From Rhodoplanes serenus (GTDB taxonomy: Bacteria; Pseudomonadota; Alphaproteobacteria; Rhizobiales; Xanthobacteraceae), in assembly GCA_945897515.1 (NCBI GenBank), contig CAMDFO010000016.1, forward strand, positions 3,262-67,261: a DNA stretch of 64,000 bases, given 5' to 3'. How positions within the stretch are numbered: position 1 is the stretch's first letter; each line of letters begins with the position of its first letter. The notes beneath the pieces are model-generated. The model had not been told where the DNA came from. It worked only from the letters and a program-made list of their open reading frames with translations, and made no database searches. This document shows positions 56,301 through 64,000 of this stretch, one piece after another. The position numbers were made by a program, and so were the translations under genes.

Positions 56301-57275
56301 TCAGTTGATCTTGAGGCCGGCTTCGCGGATGACGCGGGCCCATTTCACGTTTTCCGCCTTCAGGTAGGCGGCGAACTGGGCGGGCGTGTCGCCGATCGGC
56401 GAGAACCCGATCGCCGCGAGCTTTGCCTTGACGTCGGGCATGGCGACAATCTCCACCGCCTTGCGATGCAGCAGGTCGACGATCTCCTTGGGCGTGCCGG
56501 CCGGCGCTAGAATACCGATCGGCGTTTCGCCGATCTGCCCGGGAAAGCCGGCTTCTTCCATCGTCGGCACGTTCGGCAGGCCTTCCACCCGCTTCTCGCC
56601 GGTGACGGCGAGCCCGCGAATTCCGCCGGACTGGATGTGGACCACCGACGGCGGCAGCGAGGCGAACGAGACCGGTGTGTGGCCGGCAAGCACGGACTGC
56701 GCCAGCGGACCGCCTCCGCCGAACGGGATCGAGGTGAGACTGATCTTCTGCGAAAGCTTGAACAACTCGCCGGACAGGTTTGCCGGAGTGCCGAGGCCGG
56801 GGTGGGCGTAGCTGTGATACTTGTCCGGATTGGCACGCATCAGGTCGACAAGCTCCTTGACGGTCTTGGCCGGCACCGATGGATTGACGATCAGGACGTT
56901 GGGCGTGGTCGCAATGCGCGTGATGGCGACGAGGTCCTTCTCCGGATCGTAAGGCAGCGACTTGTACAGGCTCGCGTTGATGACCAGCGCCTGGCTGTTG
57001 ACCAGCAGCGAGTAGCCGTCAGCGGGCGCGCGCGCGAGGGCGGCGGTGCCGATGTTGCCGCCGCCGCCGGGCTGGGTCTCGACGTAGAACTGCTTGCCGA
57101 ACGCCTCGGTGAACTTCTGGCCGATGATGCGGGCGATCAGGTCGGCCGGACCGCCCGGCGCATACGGAACGAGCAGGCGCACCGGTTTGTTCGGATAATC
57201 CCCGGCGGTCTGCGCGTGACTTGTGCCGCTCGCAAAGACCGCCGCTCCGACGATCAGCCCGATCAGTGCCCGCAT
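56301..57275 (-). CDS. Bug/TctC family substrate-binding protein
   Basis: YPNKPVRLLVPYAPGGPAD, ADGYSL, IPFGGGGP; start MRALIG. Confidence 0.94.
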   Translation of the reverse strand: MRALIGLIVGAAVFASGTSHAQTAGDYPNKPVRLLVPYAPGGPADLIARIIGQKFTEAFGKQFYVETQPGGGGNIGTAALARAPADGYSLLVNSQALVINASLYKSLPYDPEKDLVAITRIATTPNVLIVNPSVPAKTVKELVDLMRANPDKYHSYAHPGLGTPANLSGELFKLSQKISLTSIPFGGGGPLAQSVLAGHTPVSFASLPPSVVHIQSGGIRGLAVTGEKRVEGLPNVPTMEEAGFPGQIGETPIGILAPAGTPKEIVDLLHRKAVEIVAMPDVKAKLAAIGFSPIGDTPAQFAAYLKAENVKWARVIREAGLKIN

Positions 57276-57432
57276 GTGTCGCCTCCCCGTATTTCCGATT
57301 TTGGAAGAGTCTATCACCGCAAATCCGCCGGGACGCGGATTTTCTAAAGCCCGGTTTCGGGCTAAGAGAGGGCCGTGGCCCCATCGGGCCGCGGCTTTGT
57401 TTCGTGCCGTCACGCGATGAAAAGGACCGTCC

Positions 57433-58404
57433 ATGCCCGCCAAGAAGTACACGCGCCAGGATCTTCGCGATGCCGCCGAGAAATACAAGAACTGGGGCAA
57501 GTGGGGTCCGAACGACGAGATCGGCACGCTGAATTACACCTCGCCCGAGGACATCATCGCGGCCACACGACTGGTGAAGAAGGGCAAGGTGATTTCGCTG
57601 GCGCTGAACTTCGACCACACCGGACCGCAGGGCGCCAAGAGCAAATACCCGGCGATGGGCCGTGGCAACCCGATCCACACCATGTTACGCACCGGCACCG
57701 ACGCCTACTCCGGCGTGCTCGACAAGCGCGGCATCCGCGCCGCCGACGACATGGTGACCATGCCGCTGCAATGCGGAACGCAATGGGATGGGCTCGGCCA
57801 TATCTTCTATGAGAACTACATGTGGAACGGCTACGACTGCCGCGAGGTGACGTCGGCCGGCGCGCAGAAGTGCGGCATCGAGAAGACCAAGCACAAGATG
57901 GTCGGCCGCGGTGTGTTCCTCGATGTGGCGCGTTTCAAGGGCGTCGACTCGCTCGACGACGGCTACGGCATCACCTGCAAGGATCTCGACGACACCGCCA
58001 AGGCGCAGAAGGTCGAGCTGAAGCGCGGCGACTACGTCATTGTGCGCACCGGCATGATGGAGCGCTGCCAGAAGGCCGGAAGCTGGGACGGCTATCCGGG
58101 CGGCGACGCGCCGGGCTTCGCATTCGAAACGCTGGAGTGGATCAAGCGGGTCGAGCTTGCGGCGCTGGCGAGCGACACCTGGGGCTGCGAGGTCCGGCCG
58201 AACGAGAGCGAGGAGGGCATCAACCAGCCCTGGCACTGGATCACGATCCCGATCATGGGCATGACCATGGGCGAGATTTTCGAATTGAAGGAACTGGGCG
58301 AGGACTGCGCCGCCGACAAGACCTACGAATTCCTGTTCGTCGCGCCGGCGATCCCGATTACCGGCGCGGTGGGCTCGCCGGTGAACCCGCTGGCGATCAA
58401 GTGA
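57433..58404 (+). CDS. Cyclase family protein (QxGTQWD subtype)
   Basis: NWGKWGPNDEIGTLN, LQCGTQWDGLGH, VGRGVFLD, GAVGSPVNPLAIK. Confidence 0.92.
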   Translation: MPAKKYTRQDLRDAAEKYKNWGKWGPNDEIGTLNYTSPEDIIAATRLVKKGKVISLALNFDHTGPQGAKSKYPAMGRGNPIHTMLRTGTDAYSGVLDKRGIRAADDMVTMPLQCGTQWDGLGHIFYENYMWNGYDCREVTSAGAQKCGIEKTKHKMVGRGVFLDVARFKGVDSLDDGYGITCKDLDDTAKAQKVELKRGDYVIVRTGMMERCQKAGSWDGYPGGDAPGFAFETLEWIKRVELAALASDTWGCEVRPNESEEGINQPWHWITIPIMGMTMGEIFELKELGEDCAADKTYEFLFVAPAIPITGAVGSPVNPLAIK

Positions 58405-58413
58405 GGGATGCTT

Positions 58414-58860
58414 ATGTCTGGGATAATGGACAAGCTGTTCGGTAGGAGCGCGCAACCCATGGACACCAAGACCTACCCCGTCACCCGCACCGACGCCGAA
58501 TGGCGCAAGATGCTCTCGCCTGAGCAATTCCACATCATGCGCGAGCATGGCACCGAGGCGCCGGGAAGCTGCGCGCTGAACTACGAGAAGCGGCCCGGCA
58601 CCTTCGTCTGCGCCGGCTGCGAGCAGCCGCTGTTCACCTCGAAGAAGAAGTTCGAGAGCGGCACCGGCTGGCCGAGCTTCAACGATCCGGAGCCCGGCTC
58701 GGTCGAGGAAACGGTGGACCGCAAATACGGCATGGTCCGCACCGAGGTGCATTGCAGCCGCTGCGGCAGCCATCTCGGCCACGTGTTCCCGGACGGCCCG
58801 CCGCCAACGGGCTTGCGCTACTGCATCAACGGCGTGGCGACGAATTTCAAGCCGGAGTGA
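58414..58860 (+). CDS. msrB: Peptide methionine-R-sulfoxide reductase MsrB (Zn-type)
   Basis: GTE, CAGC, KFESGTGWPSF, CSRCGSHLGHVFPDGP, RYCIN; exact start uncertain. Confidence 0.96.
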   Translation: MSGIMDKLFGRSAQPMDTKTYPVTRTDAEWRKMLSPEQFHIMREHGTEAPGSCALNYEKRPGTFVCAGCEQPLFTSKKKFESGTGWPSFNDPEPGSVEETVDRKYGMVRTEVHCSRCGSHLGHVFPDGPPPTGLRYCINGVATNFKPE

Positions 58861-58876
58861 GCCGGCAACATACTCT

Positions 58877-58954
58877 ACTGTCATCGTCCGCGAAGGCGGA
58901 CGATCCAGTGCTTGCCCAAAGACTGGGTGCCCCGCCTTCGCGGGGCATGACAGT
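58877..58954. repeat. REP-type palindromic element (GTCATCGTCCGCGAA subfamily)
   Basis: ACTGTCATCGTCCGCGAAGGCGGACGATCCAG...CTGGGTGCCCCGCCTTCGCGGGGCATGACAGT between convergent genes. Confidence 0.9.
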
Positions 58955-58955
58955 G

Positions 58956-60131
58956 TTACGCCGCGCGAGTGCCCCACAACCGCTTGCTCGCGATCTCCGC
59001 GCCTTCGCTGAGTGCCTTCAGCTTAGCCCACACGATGCTGTCAGCCACGATCGGGTCGGTCCGCACCGCGGTGCCGAAGCCGCAGTCGACGCCGGCGATC
59101 ACCCGCTCGCGGCCGACAATGTCGGCGTAGCGGCCGATGCGCTGCGCCACCAGCTTGGGGTGCTCGACGAAGTTCGTGGTCGAATCGATCACGCCCGGAA
59201 TCAAAATCTTGTCGTCGGGAATCTTGATCGTCTTCAGGTCTTCCCATTCGTGGTCGTGGCGCGGATTGGCGGCCTCGATGCTGATCGCCTGCATGCGCGC
59301 CTTGAACGCCAGGTCGATAATCTTCAACAGCGGCAGATCGAAGCTATGCGGCCCCTCGTAATTGCCCCAGCAGATATGCAGCCGCATCCGGTCCGCGGGC
59401 AGCCCTTCGGTCGCGGCGTTGATCGCCTCGATGTTGCGCGCCGCGATCTTGGTGCGAAATTCGTCGTCGGAGAGATGGCGATACTGGTTGTTGCGCGCCG
59501 AACCGAGATCGGGAGCGTCGATCTGCAGCACGAAGCCGGCCTCGACGATCGCCCGGTACTCGGTTTTCATCATGTCGGCGAGCGCCGCCACATAGGCGTC
59601 CTCGTTCGGGTAGTGCAGATTGATGATGAAGCGCGTCAGGATGCCGGGTGACGGCGCGGTCATGAACACATCGGCGGGCTTCGACTTGCCCACTGCGGCC
59701 TTCAGGTGCGCGAGGTCGCGGTCGAGCGCGCTGCGGTCCTTGTATTTCAGCGGGCCGACGCAGCCGGGAAACGGCGAGTCGGAGAAATTCCGCCGGCGGT
59801 TGGCGAAATCCGGGTGCGCCAGGAGATCGCGGCCGATCATGATGTCATGACCCTTCTCGGCCGCTCGCGGATCGGGTTGGATTCCTTCGACCCGATGCCG
59901 GATGTAGGTGGTGTAGGACGGCTTGCTCATTTCGCCGTCGCTGACCACGTCGATGCCGGCCGCGACCTGCTGGGCGACGATGTCGTCGACCGCCTTGGCG
60001 GTGGCGGCCTCGAACGCGGCGGCGTCGATATCCTGGCCTTTCTCCCGGCCGAGAATGACGTCAATCAGCGATTGCGGCCGCGGCAGGCTGCCGGTGTGCG
60101 TGGTGAGGATACGGTCCTGGCTGGTCTTCAT
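58956..60131 (-). CDS. Single-domain cobalamin-independent methionine synthase II family protein (MetE C-terminal-like / XecA-like)
   Basis: TTHTGSLPRP, SDGE, LQIDAPD, Zn ligands in HICWGN, IEAAN and DCGFG. Confidence 0.9.
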   Translation of the reverse strand: MKTSQDRILTTHTGSLPRPQSLIDVILGREKGQDIDAAAFEAATAKAVDDIVAQQVAAGIDVVSDGEMSKPSYTTYIRHRVEGIQPDPRAAEKGHDIMIGRDLLAHPDFANRRRNFSDSPFPGCVGPLKYKDRSALDRDLAHLKAAVGKSKPADVFMTAPSPGILTRFIINLHYPNEDAYVAALADMMKTEYRAIVEAGFVLQIDAPDLGSARNNQYRHLSDDEFRTKIAARNIEAINAATEGLPADRMRLHICWGNYEGPHSFDLPLLKIIDLAFKARMQAISIEAANPRHDHEWEDLKTIKIPDDKILIPGVIDSTTNFVEHPKLVAQRIGRYADIVGRERVIAGVDCGFGTAVRTDPIVADSIVWAKLKALSEGAEIASKRLWGTRAA

Positions 60132-60316
60132 GCGGCCTCCCGGCATCTGGCGTTTCGCCGCGGATCGTATCGGGATTCAATTTTCGTTGTCGCGGAAAAG
60201 ACGGTCACGCAGCGCGCGGCGACAGCCATTGTGACGGCGTGGGCCACGCCACGCAGGAGGCGGCCCACCGCCACCGAACCTCCGCCGATGGGCCACGCCG
60301 GCGGCGCCGGGTCGCT

Positions 60317-60330
60317 TTGATCTAGATCAA
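60317..60330. promoter_or_regulatory. Perfect FNR/FixK-type binding site
   Basis: TTGAT-CTAG-ATCAA is an exact match to TTGAT-N4-ATCAA and ends 58 bp before the ligA start. Confidence 0.8.
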
Positions 60331-60355
60331 TGTTCGCAACGCGCACCGGCCGATA

Positions 60356-60369
60356 GTTACACAAGTAAC
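60356..60369. promoter_or_regulatory. Palindromic putative repressor operator near the predicted ligA transcription start
   Basis: GTTAC-ACAA-GTAAC inverted repeat. Confidence 0.5.
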
Positions 60370-60388
60370 CATATGGCGGAGCGCGACC

Positions 60389-60730
60389 GTGAAACATCAC
60401 AACATTCCCGGCACCACGATGTTCGGCGGCGATCAGGCGCAGCAGGGGCTTGCGCTCAACCGCATGTGCTTTTCGTTCAACAGCGCCGAGAACCGCGCCG
60501 CCTTCCTCAAGGATGAGGAGGCCTACTGCGCCAGGTTCGGCCTTACCGCGGAGCAGCGCGAGGCGGTGCGCGAGCGCAACGTTCTCAAGATGCTCGCGGC
60601 CGGCGGGAACGTCTACTACCTCGCCAAGCTGGCCGGCATCTTCGGCTTGGGCGTGCAGGACATCGGCGCGCAGCAGACCGGCATGAGCGTCGACGAATTC
60701 AAGGCGAAGCTTGTCGCCGCAGGGAGATAG
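60389..60730 (+). CDS. ligA: Protocatechuate 4,5-dioxygenase-like alpha subunit
   Basis: IPGTT.F, LNRMCFSF, NRAAFLKDEEAY, GGNVYYLAKL. Confidence 0.9.
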   Translation: MKHHNIPGTTMFGGDQAQQGLALNRMCFSFNSAENRAAFLKDEEAYCARFGLTAEQREAVRERNVLKMLAAGGNVYYLAKLAGIFGLGVQDIGAQQTGMSVDEFKAKLVAAGR

Positions 60731-60732
60731 TC

Positions 60733-61638
60733 ATGGCACGGATCATCGGCGGACTCGGCACCACGCACGTCCCTGCGATCGGCAAGGCGATCGCAGAGCA
60801 CAAGGAGAACGATCCCTACTGGAAGCCGTTCTTCGGCGGCTTCGACTATGTGCATGAGTGGCTCGGGCGCGAGAAGCCCGATGTCGCGGTGGTGTTCTAC
60901 AACGACCACGGATTGAACTTCTTTCTCGACAAGCTTCCGACCTTTGCCGTCGGCGCCGCGAACGAATACCGCAACGAGGACGAAGGCTGGGGCCTCCCGG
61001 TGTCCAAGACCGCGGCGGGCATTCCGAAACTCTCCTGGCATCTGATCGAGCGGCTGGTCGAGGACGAGTTCGACATCACCATGTGCCAGGACATGTTGGT
61101 CGATCACGCCGTCACCATCCCGATGGCGCTGATGTGGCCGGGCAAGGCCGCCTGGCCGGTGCGGATCGTACCGATCTCGATCAACACCGTGCAGCATCCG
61201 CTGCCGTCGCTGGCGCGCTGTCTCAAGCTCGGCCGCTCGATCGGCCGCGCCATCGAAAGCTACGACGAAGACCTGAAGGTGCTGGTGGTCGGGACCGGCG
61301 GCCTGTCGCATCAGCTCGACGGCCCGCGCGCGGGCTTCATCAACAAGGAGTTCGATCAGCTCTGCATGGATGAGCTGGTGCGCGACCCGGAGGCTCTCAC
61401 GCGCTTCACCATTCCGCAGTTCGTGGAACTGGCCGGCGCCCAGGGCGTCGAGTTCCTGAACTGGATGGCGATGCGAGGCGCGCTGACCGGCAAGGTGACG
61501 GAGGCGCACCGCAACTACCATATTCCGATTTCCAACACTGCGGCCGCCACCGTGCTGCTTGGCAACGAATCGAGGCCACGGCAGCAGGCTGGTACCGCGA
61601 AGGTGTCTCGCATTCCCGAGGATGCAAGCGCCGGGTGA
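60733..61638 (+). CDS. ligB: Protocatechuate 4,5-dioxygenase-like beta subunit (LigB family extradiol dioxygenase)
   Basis: TTHVPAIG, YNDH, DEGWG, VDH, GTGGLSHQL.GPRAGFIN, GVE; Fe ligands His-His-Glu present. Confidence 0.9.
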   Translation: MARIIGGLGTTHVPAIGKAIAEHKENDPYWKPFFGGFDYVHEWLGREKPDVAVVFYNDHGLNFFLDKLPTFAVGAANEYRNEDEGWGLPVSKTAAGIPKLSWHLIERLVEDEFDITMCQDMLVDHAVTIPMALMWPGKAAWPVRIVPISINTVQHPLPSLARCLKLGRSIGRAIESYDEDLKVLVVGTGGLSHQLDGPRAGFINKEFDQLCMDELVRDPEALTRFTIPQFVELAGAQGVEFLNWMAMRGALTGKVTEAHRNYHIPISNTAAATVLLGNESRPRQQAGTAKVSRIPEDASAG

Positions 61639-61687
61639 ACGACGAGAGAGCCGATCCAGCATAAATCGATTCAGGGAGGGTACAGAA

Positions 61688-62650
61688 ATGACGGCAATCC
61701 GCGGGTATGTCGCGCCGACAAGCGATCGTTCGGCAGTCGGAGTTCATTCGCTCGATCATTTCACCCTGGCGGTTCCCAACCTCAAGCCGGCGCAGAAGTT
61801 CTACGGCGACTTCGGGTTGGACGTGCGCGACGAAGGCGGCAGCCTCGGGCTGAAGACCTACGGTCACGATCACCGTTGGGGCACCGTCGTCGAAGGCTCG
61901 CGCAAGCGGCTGCATCATCTCTCGTTCGCCTGCTTTCCCGACGATCTGACGCGCTTGAAAGCGCAGGCCGAAGCCAACGGCGTCGTCCTGGTCGACCCGC
62001 CGCCGGGCTTCGAGAGCAACGGCTTCTGGATACGCGACCCGGCCGGGGTCCTGATCGAGGTGAAGGTCGCGCCGAAATCGTCGCCGGACCGCAAGTTGTC
62101 CGGGCCTTGGTCGTCGTCCCCGGAAGGCATTCCCGGTGCGCCGGTGCGAAGCAAGGCGCCGGTCATCCGCCCACGGCGGTTGTCGCACGTGCTGGTGTTC
62201 ACCACCGATATCGGCATAGCGCTGGAGTTCTATGCTCGCAATCTCGGTCTGCGCATGTCCGATCGCACCGACAAGGTCGCGTTCATGCACGGCATCCACG
62301 GCAGCGACCATCACATCCTGGCGTTCGCCCAGTCCGACGCGCCCGGCCTGCATCACTGCAGTTGGGACATGGCCTCGGTCGACGAGATCGGCATCGGGGC
62401 TGCGCACATGGCCGACAAGGGCTACACGCGCGGATGGGGTCTCGGCCGGCACGTTCTCGGGTCGAATTATTTTCACTACGTGCAGGACCCGTGGGGCAGC
62501 TTCGCCGAATATTCCGCCGACATCGACTATGTCGCCAAGCAGCAGGACTGGCCGGGCGCTTACCATCGCGACGAGGACTCGCTCTCGCTGTGGGGACCGG
62601 AGCCGCCGGATTATTTCATCGTCAACCACGAAGCGGGAACTAGGGCGTGA
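61688..62650 (+). CDS. Two-domain VOC family protein, extradiol dioxygenase-like
   Basis: LSHVL, DHHIL, LHHCSW, GRHVLGSNYFHYVQDPWGSFAE; start MTAIRG after GGAGG. Confidence 0.86.
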   Translation: MTAIRGYVAPTSDRSAVGVHSLDHFTLAVPNLKPAQKFYGDFGLDVRDEGGSLGLKTYGHDHRWGTVVEGSRKRLHHLSFACFPDDLTRLKAQAEANGVVLVDPPPGFESNGFWIRDPAGVLIEVKVAPKSSPDRKLSGPWSSSPEGIPGAPVRSKAPVIRPRRLSHVLVFTTDIGIALEFYARNLGLRMSDRTDKVAFMHGIHGSDHHILAFAQSDAPGLHHCSWDMASVDEIGIGAAHMADKGYTRGWGLGRHVLGSNYFHYVQDPWGSFAEYSADIDYVAKQQDWPGAYHRDEDSLSLWGPEPPDYFIVNHEAGTRA

Positions 62651-62886
62651 ACTTATAAAAGAGGCCGGGCGTACGACTCTGCGAGAGTCCGCTCTCCGGT
62701 CGGATCATCACCGGCTCATGGCCAGCCATGGGCTGGCGCGTCCGCGCCTCAACTTCCGTTCGAGACTTCGACGCGAGGGCTCGGTGTGCGCCATTCGCCT
62801 CGGCATTGTCCGATCCCGGTGGCGCTTTGCCATGCTTTCCTGGCCATGCCAATCTGCGGCGGGCAACAGGAAACAGTCGAATCATC

Positions 62887-64000
62887 ATGCTGGGACACAA
62901 CCGGAAAATGCTCGGCGCTGAGTGCATGGCCGACATGCTGCAGGCCTATGGCGTCACGCACGTGTTTCACGTGCCCGCGGTGCTGCGCAAAACCTTCGCG
63001 GTGATGGAGACGCGCACCAAGATCAAGCGGCTGCACGTGCATAGCGAGGCGACTGCGGCCTACATGGCCGACGGCTACGCGCGCGCGTCCGGCAAGCCCG
63101 GTATCTGCATGGCGCAGGTGATCGGCGCGCTCAATCTCGCCGCAGGCCTCCGCGACGCCTGGCTGGCGCATTCGCCGGTGATTGCGTTCACCGGCGGGCG
63201 CGATCCGAAGACCAAGTTCCGTCAGGTCTATCAGGAGGTCGACGACGTGCCGGCGTTCGAGCCGGTGACCAAGTGGAACGCCACGGTCGACGATGTGAAC
63301 CGTTTCCCCGACATGGTGCGTCAGGCATTTCGCGTCGCGACCACGGGCCGGCCCGGACCGGTGCATCTGCAATTTCGCGGCAATGAAGGCCAGGTCGACG
63401 GCGACGAAGGTGAGATGGAGCCGCTGATTGAGCCGGAGTTCGCGCGTGTGCCGCCGTTCCGGCCGGAGCCGGATCAGGCCAGCGTGATGGCGGCGCTCAA
63501 GGTGCTGCAGGAAGCGCAGCGGCCGGTGATCGTCGCGGGCGGCGGTGTCCGCGCTTCGGGCGCGGCGCGCGAGCTCGTCGCGCTGGCGGAGGCGCTGCAG
63601 ATTCCGGTTGCGACCTCGCTCAACGGCAAGGATTCGATCACCGGCCATCATCCGCTGTCGGTCGGCGTGGTCGGCAGCTATTCACGCGAGAGCGCAAACA
63701 AGGTGGTCAACGCGGCCGATCTGATCTGCTTCATCGGTACCACCACCGGCGGCATGACCACGCATTTCTGGGCGGTGCCGAAGATCGGCACGCCGGCGAT
63801 CCAGATCGACATCGATCCGGAATCGCTCGGCCTCAACTATCCATTGCAGGCGCGGGTCAACGGCGACGTCAAGGCGACGCTCATGAAGATGATCGCCGCG
63901 TGCGACAAATCGGGCGCCGGCAAGCGCAAGGCCTGGGTCGAGCAGACGCAGGGCATCGTCAAGGAGTGGTACGCGAAATACAAATCCGCGCTGGAGTCCG
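62887..64000 (+). CDS. ThDP-dependent acetolactate synthase-like enzyme (partial; runs off the window end)
   Basis: Manual translation: MLGHNRKMLGAECMADMLQAYGVTHVFHVP...HSEATAAYMADGYARASGKPG...GRPGPVHL...RPVIVAGGG; absent from the ORF track because it has no stop in the window. Confidence 0.9.
   Translation, partial: MLGHNRKMLGAECMADMLQAYGVTHVFHVPAVLRKTFAVMETRTKIKRLHVHSEATAAYMADGYARASGKPGICMAQVIGALNLAAGLRDAWLAHSPVIAFTGGRDPKTKFRQVYQEVDDVPAFEPVTKWNATVDDVNRFPDMVRQAFRVATTGRPGPVHLQFRGNEGQVDGDEGEMEPLIEPEFARVPPFRPEPDQASVMAALKVLQEAQRPVIVAGGGVRASGAARELVALAEALQIPVATSLNGKDSITGHHPLSVGVVGSYSRESANKVVNAADLICFIGTTTGGMTTHFWAVPKIGTPAIQIDIDPESLGLNYPLQARVNGDVKATLMKMIAACDKSGAGKRKAWVEQTQGIVKEWYAKYKSALES

Noticed and set aside
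60132-60316. Cobalamin or SAM riboswitch upstream of the MetE-like gene
   Set aside because: No B12-box or SAM-II core visible; only a GC-rich stretch with a duplicated GGCGTGGCCCA.
1-64000. IS elements, integrases, prophage, defence systems, tRNA/rRNA
   Set aside because: No ORF has transposase, recombinase, phage, nuclease or reverse transcriptase motifs, and I recognised no structural RNA genes by eye; a tRNAscan/Infernal run would be the proper check.

Overview
High-GC (roughly 65% by eye) alphaproteobacterial chromosome segment; gene content and repeats suggest Hyphomicrobiales, Rhodoplanes/Bradyrhizobium-like (inference). About 60 CDS form an organic-compound scavenging and catabolism region. 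Transport: 10 Bug/TctC solute-binding proteins with no tctA/tctB, one TRAP system, two TauABC-type ABC sets and an orphan LivJ-like receptor. Catabolism: intradiol, VOC-fold and LigAB ring-cleavage dioxygenases, flavin monooxygenases, two cyclases, two class II aldolase-fold proteins and three ThDP enzymes. Ten GTCAT-tagged REP-type palindromes (three subfamilies, one partial) lie between genes. I saw no rRNA, tRNA, CRISPR, IS or phage genes. Main oddities: (1) an animal-PAICS-type PurC plus class II PurE fusion with a strongly base-paired leader; (2) about 2.7 tandem copies of a ~132-bp non-coding unit between convergent genes; (3) a perfect FNR/FixK box plus a second palindrome in front of O2-dependent ligAB; (4) a globin-coupled chemoreceptor apparently lacking the proximal heme His; (5) a secreted protein with a duplicated domain. 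All homology calls come from motif recognition and recalled sequences, not database searches.
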